From: Methanomicrobia archaeon
GTDB taxonomy: Archaea; Halobacteriota; Bog-38; Methanoflorentales; Methanoflorentaceae
Length of the DNA stretch: 64,000 nucleotides
NCBI GenBank assembly: GCA_015661395.1
Contig: JACWML010000010.1
Span: forward strand, 2,499-66,498
Reading direction: 5' to 3'
The notes beneath the pieces were generated by a model that was not told where the DNA came from, did no database searches, and saw only the letters and a program-made list of their open reading frames with translations. Of the stretch, positions 51,026 through 61,720 are shown in pieces. A program made the translations under genes and the position numbers. The stretch's first letter is position 1. Every line of letters starts with the position of its first letter.

Positions 51026-52420
51026 GTGAATGTTTTTGGCGAGGCCGACAATCTGACCGCACGAACCCCCGTTCGTGAAGTGTGCTTTCATCGAATTCCT
51101 TACGGTTCACCCGCGTCAATTTTCTTTAAACTGAGCGCAGGGCACGATTACGCGTTCCTGCTCGAATCGCGAACCGGCCTAGGAAACACTGCACAATACT
51201 CCTACGTCGGATTTGATCCGACCACGGTCGTGCGCGTCAAGGATGGCGTCACCACCGTCAATCAACGTCAGAAACACGTTCCGGACCCCTTAAAAGCTGT
51301 TCAGAACCAAATCAGCTTGAAGCGGCACGCACAGCATCGATATGGATTCCTCGGTGGGGCGGTCGGGTATCTCTCCTATGACGCTATCCGCTATTGGGAG
51401 CGCCTTCCGCAAACGGCCGTCGATGATCTTGACTTTCCTGACCTCGAAATGGGTATCTACGACGACGGGATAGTTCTCGACCACGTGCGCCGTGAGGCGT
51501 TCTACTTCCATCTCGAGGAGAACCGTTACGAACAGCTCTCTGCCCTCTTGCGCAGGCCCTGTGAGCCGGGCGACTTTGCCATTGCGCATCCGCGCCTGAA
51601 TGTCGGCAAGGCGAAGTACGCGACGATGGTGGAGAAGGCGAAAGCGTACATCGCTGCTGGCGACATTTTTCAGGCGGTCCTTTCGAAACGCTATAGCTTC
51701 GCATTTTCCGGCGATTTGGCACCCGTGTATCTCGCGCTTAGAGCGATGAACCCCTCGCCATACATGTTCTACCTTAAGATGCAAGACCGCGCTATTATAG
51801 GGACAAGTCCTGAAACCCTCGTGAAACTCACCGATGACAAGATCGAGAGCTTTCCCATAGCCGGCAGTCGCCCGATTACAGGAGACCCTATAAAAGACGC
51901 TCAGCTGACGGACGACCTTCTTAGCGACCCGAAAGAGCTAGCGGAGCACGTTATGCTTGTCGATCTGGCGCGCAACGACGTAGGCCGAGTTGCCGAGGCC
52001 GGCAGCGTGCACGTTCCTGCGTTCATGGACGTGCAGCGGTACAGCCACGTGCAGCACATTGTCTCGCTGGTTTCCGGGAAATTACGTGATGGTGCGGACT
52101 GCTTTGACGTCTTGCGTGCGGCGTTTCCGGCGGGCACGGTGTCGGGCGCGCCTAAAGTTCGCGCTATGGAAATCATCGAAGAGCTTGAGCCGGTTCGGCG
52201 CGGACCGTACGCAGGTGCGGTCGGGTACTTTTCATGCAACGGCGATATGGATTTTGCGATTACCATACGGGCGCTGTTTGCGAAAGGGGGTACGTGTCAT
52301 CTGCAGACGGGAGGCGGCATCGTTGCCGATTCCGTTCCTGAGAACGAATGGACAGAGACGGAACTCAAAGCTCGGGCGTTAATGAAGGCGCTCGAGGACA
52401 CAGGAGGCACTTTGCGATGA
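51026..52420 (+). CDS. trpE: Anthranilate synthase component I
   Basis: LLES, NPSPYM, EHVMLVDLARND, FPAGTVSGAPK. Confidence 0.95.
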   Translation: MNVFGEADNLTARTPVREVCFHRIPYGSPASIFFKLSAGHDYAFLLESRTGLGNTAQYSYVGFDPTTVVRVKDGVTTVNQRQKHVPDPLKAVQNQISLKRHAQHRYGFLGGAVGYLSYDAIRYWERLPQTAVDDLDFPDLEMGIYDDGIVLDHVRREAFYFHLEENRYEQLSALLRRPCEPGDFAIAHPRLNVGKAKYATMVEKAKAYIAAGDIFQAVLSKRYSFAFSGDLAPVYLALRAMNPSPYMFYLKMQDRAIIGTSPETLVKLTDDKIESFPIAGSRPITGDPIKDAQLTDDLLSDPKELAEHVMLVDLARNDVGRVAEAGSVHVPAFMDVQRYSHVQHIVSLVSGKLRDGADCFDVLRAAFPAGTVSGAPKVRAMEIIEELEPVRRGPYAGAVGYFSCNGDMDFAITIRALFAKGGTCHLQTGGGIVADSVPENEWTETELKARALMKALEDTGGTLR

Positions 52421-53004
52421 AGGTTCTTGTTATTGACAATTATGACTCATTTGTGTACAACCTCGTTCAACATGTAGGCGAATTAGGCGGAACACCGCTC
52501 GTGTACCGAAACGACCAGTTGACCCTCGAGGAGGCAACGGCACTTGATCCGGATCGGATAATCCTTTCGCCAGGTCCGGGCACACCGACAGAGGAGCGCT
52601 TCTTCGGCGTGTGTTCTTCTATCCTTGAGCATCTGAGCCCGACGACGTCGACTCTCGGGGTGTGCCTCGGCCATCAAGGAATCGTCGCAGCCTTTGGCGG
52701 TCACATCACAGCTGCGCAGCACGTGATGCACGGCAAGGCAAGCCACATCCGGCACTGCGGTTCAGGGCTCTACGATGGTATTGAGAATCCTTTCTTCGCC
52801 ACCCGCTACCACTCCCTCGTCGCGGACCGCGCATCGCTCCCGCCGTGCCTCGAGGTAACGGCCGAAGCGTGTGACGACGGGGAGATCATGGGCGTCCGCC
52901 ACGACACGTACCCGATAGAAGGTGTGCAGTTCCACCCCGAATCTATCTTGACCGCATCCGGCAAACGCGTCATCACCAATTTTCTCAAGGGGGGGCGAGC
53001 GTGA
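52417..53004 (+). CDS. trpG: Anthranilate synthase component II
   Basis: IDNYDSF, SPGPG, GVCLGHQ, QFHPES; ATGA overlap with trpE. Confidence 0.95.
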   Translation: MKVLVIDNYDSFVYNLVQHVGELGGTPLVYRNDQLTLEEATALDPDRIILSPGPGTPTEERFFGVCSSILEHLSPTTSTLGVCLGHQGIVAAFGGHITAAQHVMHGKASHIRHCGSGLYDGIENPFFATRYHSLVADRASLPPCLEVTAEACDDGEIMGVRHDTYPIEGVQFHPESILTASGKRVITNFLKGGRA

Positions 53005-54062
53005 TCAGGGACAGCATAGCGAAGGTCGTGAGCGGAGCGAACTTGACGCCTCGAGAAGCGCGCGCCGCCATGCTAGAACTGCTGTTAGGCGCGGCGACAG
53101 AGGCACAGATCGGCGCGTTCCTCACCGCTCTTTCGATGAAAAGGGAAACGGTAGAGGAGCTCGCTGCCTTTGCGTTGGTTATGAAGGAGTTCTGTCACAT
53201 CATCCGTCCGAACGTCAAGGGGCGGATGGTCGACACGTGCGGCACAGGAGGCGACGGCATAAAAACCTTCAACGTCAGCACCGTCGCGGCATTGGTCGCC
53301 GCCGGTGCGGGAGTCACCATTGCAAAGCACGGAAATCGCTCCGTTACGAGCAACAGTGGCAGTGCGGATGTGCTGGAACAGCTCGGACTGAACCTGTCCC
53401 AAGGGCCAGCCGAGGTCCAAAAGGCAATCGAGTCAATCGGCATCGGGTTCATGTTCGCCCCTCAGTTCCATCCGGCAATGCGCGCCGTGCTTAAGACGCG
53501 ACAAGAGATCGGCGTGCGGACGGTTTTTAATCTTCTCGGGCCACTCGTGAATCCGGCGAACGCCCAGGCGCACCTTCTCGGCGTCGCTGAGCGGGCGTGG
53601 GTGATGCCACTCGCCATGACGTTGATGACTCTCGGGTGCGAGGATGCCATGGTTGTCTACGGGATCGGCGGACTTGATGAGATCTCGCTCTTTGGAAAGA
53701 CGGTCGTGGCACGCGTGACGGGCACGAGCCTTACCCAACACGAGCTGAGTCCAAAAGACTTTGCCCTTGAGTCGGTCAAACCGAGCCAACTTCTCGTGAC
53801 TGACCCGCGACAGAGCGCTCGTCTAGCGATCACATTGCTCAATTCGAATCCCCGCGTTCAAGAACCAAGAATGGGGGTCACGCTCGCCAACGCGGCGGCT
53901 GCGATCCTCGTTGGCGGTCTAGGCGATGACCTCGAGTATTGTGTCGAACTGGCAGCTGAATCGATCGCAAGCGGTGCAGCCTATGGAAAACTCAGAGCGC
54001 TCGTAGAGCTCTCCGGCGGGAACGTTTCAGTGCTCGACGAGTTGGAGAGGTCGCATGCCTGA
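53001..54062 (+). CDS. trpD: Anthranilate phosphoribosyltransferase
   Basis: DTCGTGGD, KHGNRS, FNLLGPL.NP. Confidence 0.97.
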   Translation: MIRDSIAKVVSGANLTPREARAAMLELLLGAATEAQIGAFLTALSMKRETVEELAAFALVMKEFCHIIRPNVKGRMVDTCGTGGDGIKTFNVSTVAALVAAGAGVTIAKHGNRSVTSNSGSADVLEQLGLNLSQGPAEVQKAIESIGIGFMFAPQFHPAMRAVLKTRQEIGVRTVFNLLGPLVNPANAQAHLLGVAERAWVMPLAMTLMTLGCEDAMVVYGIGGLDEISLFGKTVVARVTGTSLTQHELSPKDFALESVKPSQLLVTDPRQSARLAITLLNSNPRVQEPRMGVTLANAAAAILVGGLGDDLEYCVELAAESIASGAAYGKLRALVELSGGNVSVLDELERSHA

Positions 54063-54843
54063 TTTCTTTGATATCCTCTGTCGCACCGCCCACAAAACCG
54101 TCGCGGGAGGGTATTACTCCGGGTTCGCGGAGCGCGACAAGCCGGTTGATACCCGCCCCACGCTTCGTTTGAGTGAGTGTATACGCAGGTGCGCGTGTCT
54201 TCCGCTCATTGCCGAGGTTAAGCTGGCGTCCCCGACGATGGGAGCGGTCCACGTGGACGCGGGCGCAATTGCGAGGCACATGCAAGCAGGAGGTGCTGTC
54301 GGAATTTCCGTAGTGACCGAACCCCGTTTCTTCAAGGGGTTCTCTCATATGCTGGGCACCGTCCGAAGCTGCGTCTCGGTCCCCCTCGTTATGAAAGACT
54401 TCGTCGTCAGTGCCTGCCAGATCGAAGCCGCGCGAGACGCCGGCGCGAGTGCTATCCTGCTGATACAGGCGCTGTTTGACCGAGGCTACGCCACACGCGG
54501 AGCTGAGGACATGATTGCGTTCGCGCACGCGATCGGACTTGAAGTGCTCTTGGAGGCACATACCGATTCTGAATTTAAGCGGGCCTTATCTACTGACGCA
54601 GACCTTGTCGGCATCAACAACCGGGATCTGAGGACGCTAACCGTCGATCTTATGACCACCAGGGATATCTTGGAAAAAGTCCCCACAGATGGGAGGGTCG
54701 TCGTGAGTGAGAGCGGCGTTGAGACCCCAGAAGAAGCCCTATTTCTCAAGCGATGTGGCGTAGACGCGTTATTGGTCGGTTCCGCCCTCATGCGGGCTGA
54801 GGACGCGCGTCGAGCGGTCAACAGGATGGTGGGTGCGGCATGA
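54055..54843 (+). CDS. trpC: Indole-3-glycerol phosphate synthase
   Basis: IAEVK.ASP, KDF, GINNRDL, SESG. Confidence 0.96.
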   Translation: MPDFFDILCRTAHKTVAGGYYSGFAERDKPVDTRPTLRLSECIRRCACLPLIAEVKLASPTMGAVHVDAGAIARHMQAGGAVGISVVTEPRFFKGFSHMLGTVRSCVSVPLVMKDFVVSACQIEAARDAGASAILLIQALFDRGYATRGAEDMIAFAHAIGLEVLLEAHTDSEFKRALSTDADLVGINNRDLRTLTVDLMTTRDILEKVPTDGRVVVSESGVETPEEALFLKRCGVDALLVGSALMRAEDARRAVNRMVGAA

Positions 54844-55487
54844 GGCGAGTGCGTGTCAAGGTCTGTGGCATAACGAACATGGAAGACCTCGAAGTAGCCG
54901 TCGATGCGGGCGCGGATGCGCTCGGCTTCGTCGTGGATGTGCCTGAGTCACCTAGAAGCATATCGCTGGATCGCGCACGGGACCTCGTCGAAGCGACGCC
55001 GCCCTTCGTCCAGGGCGTTCTCGTTTCGGTGTTTGACACCATCGATCAGCTCGAGACGCTGTGCTCGTGTCTTGCCCCCGATGTGGTGCAGGTGGCAGGC
55101 ACGCTGCCTCGCGATGCCATTGGTGAGCAGCTTCGCGGCATTCGGGTAATCCAGGCCGTGGCGGTGAATGATCGGGCGGCGGACGTCGCCCTCCCCTCTG
55201 CGCACTGCGATGCGGTTCTCACCGACTCGCGCGTTCCCGGCGCACATGGGGGCACGGGGAAACCGCATAACTGGAACGTTAGCCGGGCAATCAGGGAACT
55301 GATCGCGCCTACCCCCCTTATATTGGCGGGAGGCTTAACGCCAGGCAACGTTCGGGCAGCCATCGAAAATGTGCGCCCGTATGCGGTTGACGTTTCAAGC
55401 GGAGTTGAGATCCGCGCAGGTATCAAGGATCCCGCGAAGATTCGCGCGTTTATCGAAGCAGTGACGGAGGCATCTGATGGACTATAG
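54840..55487 (+). CDS. trpF: Phosphoribosylanthranilate isomerase
   Basis: VKVCGIT, GGTG, LAGGL, DVSSGVE. Confidence 0.96.
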   Translation: MRRVRVKVCGITNMEDLEVAVDAGADALGFVVDVPESPRSISLDRARDLVEATPPFVQGVLVSVFDTIDQLETLCSCLAPDVVQVAGTLPRDAIGEQLRGIRVIQAVAVNDRAADVALPSAHCDAVLTDSRVPGAHGGTGKPHNWNVSRAIRELIAPTPLILAGGLTPGNVRAAIENVRPYAVDVSSGVEIRAGIKDPAKIRAFIEAVTEASDGL

Positions 55488-56670
55488 CGATTATCCCGTC
55501 AACGGCAAGTACGGGCACTTTGGGGGCAGTTTCGTTCCTGAAACGTTGGTAGCGGCACTTTCAGAGCTTGCAGAGGCCTATGCGCGTTTTCGTGGAGATC
55601 ACGATTTTCAACAGCGGCTCAGCGGATACCTCACTACATTTGCGGGACGGCCAACCCCCCTGTACTACGCCGAAAACATCTCCGAGAAACTCGGCGGTGC
55701 CAGGATCTACCTCAAGCGTGAGGACCTTGCTCACGGCGGCGCCCATAAGATTAACAATACACTCGGTCAGGCACTGCTTGCAAAGCGCATGGGGAAAACA
55801 CGCGTTATCGCCGAAACGGGAGCAGGGCAGCACGGGGTAGCCACCGCTATCGCGTGTGCGGCGCTGGGGCTTAAATCTGAAGTTTACATGGGGACTGAAG
55901 ATATGGAGCGTCAGAAGCTCAACGTGTTCCGGATGGAGCTGCTCAACGCAGTGGTGCGCCCGGTGGAACTCGGATCCCGGACGCTCAAGGATGCGATCAA
56001 CGAAGCCCTGCGCGATTGGACAGCCAACGTGCTTACGACGCACTACCTGATCGGTTCCGTTGTCGGGCCCCACCCCTATCCGATGATCGTTAGGGACTTC
56101 CAAAGCGTTATCGGGTACGAAATACGCGAGCAAATGACGCGACAGGTCGGGCGCCTCCCGGATGCGCTCGTCGCGTGCGTTGGAGGCGGCAGCAACGCGA
56201 TCGGCACGTTCCATCCGTTCCTCGACGAGGATGTGGCGATGCACGGGGTTGAGGCTGGAGGAGAGGGGCTCGCGACGGCACGGCACGGGGCGTCGTTGTG
56301 CGCAGGGTCAGAGGGGGTGTTCCACGGCATGTTGACGTACCTGCTTCAAGACGCTGACGGGCAGGTTCAGCCGACGCACAGCATTTCAGCCGGCCTCGAC
56401 TATCCCGGCGTTGGCCCCGAGCACGCGTTTTTGAAACACGAGAACCGAGTCATCTTTAGCGCCGTGAGCGACACGCAGGCGCTTGAGGCCTTCCTCGAAT
56501 TGTCAAGGACTGAGGGCATCCTGCCTGCTTTGGAGTCGGCACACGCCGTTGCTCACGCCATGAGGCTCGCGCCTACGCTAGATACGGACGATGTCCTCGT
56601 GGTTACGCTTTCAGGCAGAGGCGACAAGGACGTTGACGTGGTAGCGCGCTACGTGGGGGCAGACCTATGA
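55477..56670 (+). CDS. trpB: Tryptophan synthase beta chain
   Basis: [36 protein letters not shown]. Confidence 0.98.
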   Translation: MDYSDYPVNGKYGHFGGSFVPETLVAALSELAEAYARFRGDHDFQQRLSGYLTTFAGRPTPLYYAENISEKLGGARIYLKREDLAHGGAHKINNTLGQALLAKRMGKTRVIAETGAGQHGVATAIACAALGLKSEVYMGTEDMERQKLNVFRMELLNAVVRPVELGSRTLKDAINEALRDWTANVLTTHYLIGSVVGPHPYPMIVRDFQSVIGYEIREQMTRQVGRLPDALVACVGGGSNAIGTFHPFLDEDVAMHGVEAGGEGLATARHGASLCAGSEGVFHGMLTYLLQDADGQVQPTHSISAGLDYPGVGPEHAFLKHENRVIFSAVSDTQALEAFLELSRTEGILPALESAHAVAHAMRLAPTLDTDDVLVVTLSGRGDKDVDVVARYVGADL

Positions 56671-57479
56671 GCGCCATCGCCGCGACGTTTCGCGACTTGA
56701 GACAAAAGAGTGAGGGTGGCCTGATCGTGTACGTGATGGCAGGCGATCCTACACCAAAGCACACCTTGAAAATCGTCGATGCGTTGGTCGCAGGCGGGGC
56801 CGACATCGTTGAGCTCGGAATCCCGTTCTCCGATCCGATCGCCGATGGTCCAACGCTGCAACGCGCAGCTGGGCGGGCGCTGGAAGCAGGAACAACCCCA
56901 AGGAAGGTTTTTGACCTTGCCCGCGCGATATCGAGGGCGCACGAGGTGCCGGTGGTGGTTATGACGTACTACAACATCGTGCACCAGATGGGCGTTGAAG
57001 CGTTCTGCACAGCGGCTCAACAAAGCGGCGTGAATGGCGTCATCGCCCCGGATCTTCCTGTTGAAGAAGCGTCGCAGTATAGGGAGGCGGCGATGCGACA
57101 TGGCATTGACACCATCTTTCTCGCTGCCCCATCGACCTCAGCGGCGCGATTGGAAAAGCTCGTGACAGCCTCGTCAGGTTTCGTGTACCTCGTTTCAGCG
57201 AACGGAATCACCGGCGCGCGGAAGATCTTGCAGGACAAGAGCATCGCGAGTATACAACGAACCGCGTCACTCATTCGAGGGAGAGCCCCATTAGCGGTCG
57301 GATTCGGCCTTTCGTTGCCTTCGCACGTCAGGCAGGTGATCGACAACGGAGCGAGCGCGGCCATAGTGGGGAGCAGATTCGTGCAGATTGTCGAGCAGAA
57401 CCTGGACGACGGACACACGATGCTGAGAGGGCTGCGTGAGTGTGCGCACACGCTAAAGGGTGGCACTTTGCTCAGCTGA
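56667..57479 (+). CDS. trpA: Tryptophan synthase alpha chain
   Basis: [23 protein letters not shown]. Confidence 0.97.
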   Translation: MSAIAATFRDLRQKSEGGLIVYVMAGDPTPKHTLKIVDALVAGGADIVELGIPFSDPIADGPTLQRAAGRALEAGTTPRKVFDLARAISRAHEVPVVVMTYYNIVHQMGVEAFCTAAQQSGVNGVIAPDLPVEEASQYREAAMRHGIDTIFLAAPSTSAARLEKLVTASSGFVYLVSANGITGARKILQDKSIASIQRTASLIRGRAPLAVGFGLSLPSHVRQVIDNGASAAIVGSRFVQIVEQNLDDGHTMLRGLRECAHTLKGGTLLS

Positions 57480-57640
57480 GCGACGGATTGAAGCATTAGG
57501 GTGCACCTACGCCCCACCGGATACATGTCTCTCGGGTTTTTCGGCCTACTCGCAAAAAAAGGAAGGAGGGGTTGATACCCCTTAGCATCCGCTGGGCGCG
57601 ACCCGACACAAACTGCAGCTCCCACCGACGAGACGCGGGT

Positions 57641-58300
57641 TCACTCCTCAAGGGGCGTAACGTAGCAGGATGCCAGCTTGCTGCTAATGAGCTTCTGTTC
57701 GTGAAAAAGCCGCGCGGTGAGGTGGTACATGCCCTCTTCGCTCGCGTAGAGCTCGCTTACGAATCGCTTCGTGCCGCCTTCTGCGATAAAGTCGATATCG
57801 ATCACGTCCATGAGCGTGTGGGATTTCGACGGGGGAGTTGCGGCGATCTCAAGCCGTAGATTCTGCACGTCGCGGTGGGCGTGCACGACCGTTTCCGTCT
57901 CGATTGTTTCTTCATAGGCCCAGTAGGGCCGATTCACGAAGAAGGTCTGAATCTCGGCGGGATCTTCAATGAGTCGAACCTCGTAATAGGGAGAGTACCA
58001 GTTCACGAAAGCACCGTCGCGGTTCGCCGTGACGTGCAGATAGACCCATCCGGTGTGGTTCGCAAAGACGTGGAAGTTGAGCGCTGCCATGTCGTGAGGG
58101 CGCAACTCTTGCACGAAATGAAAAGAGCCGCTTGTCAAAACGTCGAGATCGTGCGAGTTATAGGTATACAGCGTCGCGCTCACGTCGACGAGGCGTTCCG
58201 TCGATACGTTCCTCAGCCGGACAGTGATCCAGTGGCGCCCCCGTTCGAGCACCTCGGGCGTAACGGTTGCCTCGAAGGGATGCTTGAGTCGTTCTTCCAT
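57641..58300 (-). CDS. Hypothetical beta-sandwich-like protein, probably co-transcribed with hsp20
   Basis: Alternating beta-strand pattern in two halves; 11 nt downstream of hsp20. Confidence 0.65.
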   Translation of the reverse strand: MEERLKHPFEATVTPEVLERGRHWITVRLRNVSTERLVDVSATLYTYNSHDLDVLTSGSFHFVQELRPHDMAALNFHVFANHTGWVYLHVTANRDGAFVNWYSPYYEVRLIEDPAEIQTFFVNRPYWAYEETIETETVVHAHRDVQNLRLEIAATPPSKSHTLMDVIDIDFIAEGGTKRFVSELYASEEGMYHLTARLFHEQKLISSKLASCYVTPLEE

Positions 58301-58311
58301 GGCGCATCGAC

Positions 58312-58794
58312 CTACTTAACGTTCACTCGCGTTTTCTTTTTCGCCTCAGTGGGCTCCTTCTTCGGGATCGTCACCTCGAGTACGCCGCTCTTGAACGTTG
58401 CCGCTGCTTTATCTGGAAGAACGTCGGCGTGGAGGTTGAGCGTCCGGCGGTACGATGCGAAGCCGCGCTCGCGGTAGGCGTAATCCTCATCCTTGCGTTC
58501 CGTTTCGGTGCTCGATTCAGCGCTGATCTCGATTCGTTCGGGCGTAAGGTTGATCTCGATATCCTCCTTCTTCACTCCGGGCAGGTCTGCGACCACCTGG
58601 ATGGCGTCGCCAAGGTCAAGGACGTCAACGCGTGGCCGTTTCAAAGCGGGCACCTGCGAGGGCCATAGGCGCTCGAGGCCGTCCTCCACGTTGACGCGGA
58701 ACGTGTCGAACACGCGGCGCATCTCGGCGAAGGGGTCACTCATCCAGTAGTCCTTCGGCGTGATTCGCTTCTCTTCTTTCTTTTCGTCGGTCAT
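58312..58794 (-). CDS. Hsp20/alpha-crystallin small heat-shock protein
   Basis: PRVDV, ADLPGVKKEDI, ATFKSGVLEVTIPK, C-terminal V-x-V. Confidence 0.96.
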   Translation of the reverse strand: MTDEKKEEKRITPKDYWMSDPFAEMRRVFDTFRVNVEDGLERLWPSQVPALKRPRVDVLDLGDAIQVVADLPGVKKEDIEINLTPERIEISAESSTETERKDEDYAYRERGFASYRRTLNLHADVLPDKAAATFKSGVLEVTIPKKEPTEAKKKTRVNVK

Positions 58795-59218
58795 AGTATC
58801 ATCAAATTACGTAGCGCACGAGGATAAAGCATACGCAAGGAAAAAACAGATCACGAAGGAGAAACACGCTCCGCAAAACCAACACAGTACTTTTGCATAT
58901 GCAATAAGTAGGTTTTTGGGCAACTCGTAGGGAGGCATAGGGGGTTTTTCTGTTGCACGTCAACATTAACTCCAGCAATCGGGGCGGCTGTCGTAATCGC
59001 TACATTCTTTTTAGCTGCTATGGGGGTTGTCTCCTCGCGAATGGAGCCGTTAACAACGTCTCTAATATCAACACAACGACAAGGGATAGCAGAAAGATCC
59101 CTAAGTTTTGCACGATGCTAAAACCGCTGGCATATTCAGAACAGATACGGAGCATATTTTATTTGTGTAAGGAGTAAAAGTGGCTAGCAAATGCTTGCCT
59201 ATAAGTTGTAGAGGTCAA

Positions 59219-59407
59219 ATGATGAGTGTGGGCGCAAGACCGAGGGACTATCAGGATTATCACAGACCACTCGCGACCTACTCAGAAAAAGAACGAAACC
59301 GGATTTTAGAAAGCAAAGCACAACAGAGGGCGAGAGCCCAACTGCATAAGAAGCTTAGGGGTGCGGTTCCTGGCGTTTTTAACGTGATGCAAGAAACCCC
59401 CTATTAA
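59219..59407 (+). CDS. Small hypothetical protein
   Basis: GAGGT upstream of ATG; 62 aa, basic helical. Confidence 0.4.
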   Translation: MMSVGARPRDYQDYHRPLATYSEKERNRILESKAQQRARAQLHKKLRGAVPGVFNVMQETPY

Positions 59408-59594
59408 GCTTACTTGTTTTGAGAAGAGAGACAATGAGGAGCCCCCTGCGTGACACCCCAAGTTAATTAACGGCCAAAATGCGATCTGATCAACAAAAGC
59501 ACTTCATAAAATGCACAACTGCGTTACCTCAACAGACACTATGCGATTTAGTTTTAGTGCAAAAAAAGGAGGAAAAAGGCAGTCTATTTTTGGT

Positions 59595-59981
59595 TTAACC
59601 TACGATCTGCGTTATTTCTTTGACGATGCCGTTCTCTACGTGTTCAGTCCACAGCATTTCGGGCACGTCAACAGCAAGAAACAGCCAAGTAACCAACAAG
59701 GTTTCGACTGCTGCCACTGCCAGGTTCTGGATCAACTTGCCTATGCCTATGTGGATTGAAAAATCATTCGGCTCACCCGTTATGAGTATGCTGAACGCCC
59801 TGTCCGCAGTGATGATATCCCGCAAAATCCCAGCCTTTGTCGCCTGTACGACTATTCCCAAAGGCGCAGTGGATGACTGTGTCTTGTAGCCTTCAGTTGA
59901 AAGTTGCTGAACAATCTGCTGCGATAATTGATTTAGGTCCTTGTTTTTTCCTTGAAAATGCAGTATTTTTTCAGATACCAT
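59595..59981 (-). CDS. Hypothetical protein with C-terminal hydrophobic hairpin
   Basis: 128-aa ORF with ATG start and protein-like composition. Confidence 0.75.
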   Translation of the reverse strand: MVSEKILHFQGKNKDLNQLSQQIVQQLSTEGYKTQSSTAPLGIVVQATKAGILRDIITADRAFSILITGEPNDFSIHIGIGKLIQNLAVAAVETLLVTWLFLAVDVPEMLWTEHVENGIVKEITQIVG

Positions 59982-60110
59982 TTTAAAAACCTACACGTCA
60001 GTTGAGTGAGCGACTAGTTAATAGTTGTTCATAATGCTGCCGTTCTTTTTGTCGTTTCCTCGGACCACATATAAACCAATTAGATCAGGACCCCTCGTGC
60101 AATGGTTATA

Positions 60111-60145
60111 TAGTTAGAACATCTAATTATTAGAAGATGCAATTA
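60111..60145. promoter_or_regulatory. Tandem imperfect palindromes just downstream of TATA (candidate MarR operator)
   Basis: TAGTTAGA-ACA-TCTAATTA and TTATTAGA-AGA-TGCAATTA after TTATATA, 2 nt before the marR ATG. Confidence 0.6.
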
Positions 60146-60147
60146 TT

Positions 60148-60600
60148 ATGACCGCAGATCTAGAAGAATCCGCCCGTAAGCTGCTTGAAGTAGTTCCAAT
60201 TATCATGCAAGACATACGATCTGAGATGCGTCGTCGACGGTTACTAGACTTGACCGTCCCTCAGTTCCGCGTCTTGGCTTTTGTGAACCGCAATGAAGGC
60301 TCTTCACTCTGGGAGGTGGCATCTCACGTGGGGCTAACCCCCCCTTCCACGTCTCGGCTTGTGGACGGTCTCATCGCGCGCGGTTTGATGGCACGGAACG
60401 ACCATCCGGCTGATAGACGACGTGTACGGCTAACCGTCACGGGTCACGGACTGGCGATTTTGGAGGCATCTACCCAAGGAACTGTGTCATATCTAGCAAA
60501 CAAACTTAGCGGTGTGGACGCTGACGATAGAGAAGCCATCGACAAAGCCGTGGAAGCGCTGCGAACTGTCTTTGCTACCAGCACAAGCGTGGTGACGTAA
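60148..60600 (+). CDS. MarR-family transcriptional regulator
   Basis: LTVPQFRVL, SRLVDGL..RG, DRRRVRLT.T..G. Confidence 0.93.
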   Translation: MTADLEESARKLLEVVPIIMQDIRSEMRRRRLLDLTVPQFRVLAFVNRNEGSSLWEVASHVGLTPPSTSRLVDGLIARGLMARNDHPADRRRVRLTVTGHGLAILEASTQGTVSYLANKLSGVDADDREAIDKAVEALRTVFATSTSVVT

Positions 60601-60604
60601 GACT

Positions 60605-61720
60605 ATGTCTATCCTCACAACAGAGGACCTCACTCGTAGGGTTGGAGAGCCGAAAGCCGTCAGTGGCCTGAGCGTACCCCCCAGAGTCACGCCCGACAAC
60701 GACAGGAGGCCCATTCTTGCAGTAAGTAACCTAAGCAAAGGGTTCGGCAAGGTTACGGCAGTGGATGCCATCAACTTCGAGGTGTTTGAGGGCGAAATCT
60801 TCGGGCTTGTCGGCTTAAACGGAGCTGGGAAGACAACAACGATGCTAATTCTGTCATCCCTTCTAAATCCTGATTCCGGCAACGCCACCTTGTGCGGTTA
60901 TGACGTCGTGAAGGAGAAGGATAGTGTGCGGCGTTCTATCGGGTTCGTTTTCGAGGAAGAGGCTGTTGACATCTACCTTACGGGCAAGCAGAACCTGGAT
61001 TTTGCGGCACGCATGTACAGTCTCCCAAAACAAGAGAGGGAGAAGAGGGTGGCTGAGGTCTTAAAGACTGTTGGACTTGAACAGCACGCGAATGCCAAAG
61101 TAAGGGATTATTCCGGGGGGATGCTGCGAAGGCTTGAGATAGCGAGAGGAATGCTTACCTCTCCTAAGGTCCTCCTCCTGGACGAGCCGACGATAGGGCT
61201 GGACGTGCAGACGCGAAGATACCTCTGGGATTACCTCCGCCGAGTGAACAAGGAGATGGGGGCAACGGTTCTTTTGGCTACGTCATATCTTGAGGAAGCT
61301 GATTATCTCTGTAACAGAATAGCAATTTTGCACGAAGGCAAGATAGTCGCGTTAAATACCCCTGAGGCGCTAAAAGGCTCAATCGGTGAGAATCTGATAA
61401 CGCTTAAGGTATCAAAGGGCTCGCAGGAAGAGTTCGCAGAACTGCTAATCGGTGAGAATCTGGTAATGCCTGAGTTATCAAAGGGCCCGCAGGAAGAGTT
61501 CGCAGAACTGCTGCGGGAGATGCCCTGGGCAAAAAGCGTTGAAAGTCACGACGGCGCTTTAGTGCTGAGCCTTATGGACAAGAGTATAGGGATACCTGAG
61601 ATCGTGCGACTGGCCAAAACACACGGATTTAGCATCTCCTCTATAAAATCAAGCACGCCAAACTTAAACGATGTTCTATTGCACTACGTGAAGAAGAGCG
61701 TAGAGGAGCACGATGGATGA
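60605..61720 (+). CDS. ABC exporter ATP-binding protein (DrrA-like) with internal duplication
   Basis: GLNGAGKTT, YSGGM.RR, LDEPTIGLD. Confidence 0.93.
   Translation: MSILTTEDLTRRVGEPKAVSGLSVPPRVTPDNDRRPILAVSNLSKGFGKVTAVDAINFEVFEGEIFGLVGLNGAGKTTTMLILSSLLNPDSGNATLCGYDVVKEKDSVRRSIGFVFEEEAVDIYLTGKQNLDFAARMYSLPKQEREKRVAEVLKTVGLEQHANAKVRDYSGGMLRRLEIARGMLTSPKVLLLDEPTIGLDVQTRRYLWDYLRRVNKEMGATVLLATSYLEEADYLCNRIAILHEGKIVALNTPEALKGSIGENLITLKVSKGSQEEFAELLIGENLVMPELSKGPQEEFAELLREMPWAKSVESHDGALVLSLMDKSIGIPEIVRLAKTHGFSISSIKSSTPNLNDVLLHYVKKSVEEHDG
61381..61512 (+). repeat. In-frame 66-bp tandem duplication
   Basis: IGENLITLKVSKGSQEEFAELL / IGENLVMPELSKGPQEEFAELL. Confidence 0.9.

Noticed and set aside
58893..58904. 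Perfect palindrome TTGCATATGCAA upstream of hsp20
   Set aside because: A single 12-bp palindrome with no second copy or recognised consensus; could be chance
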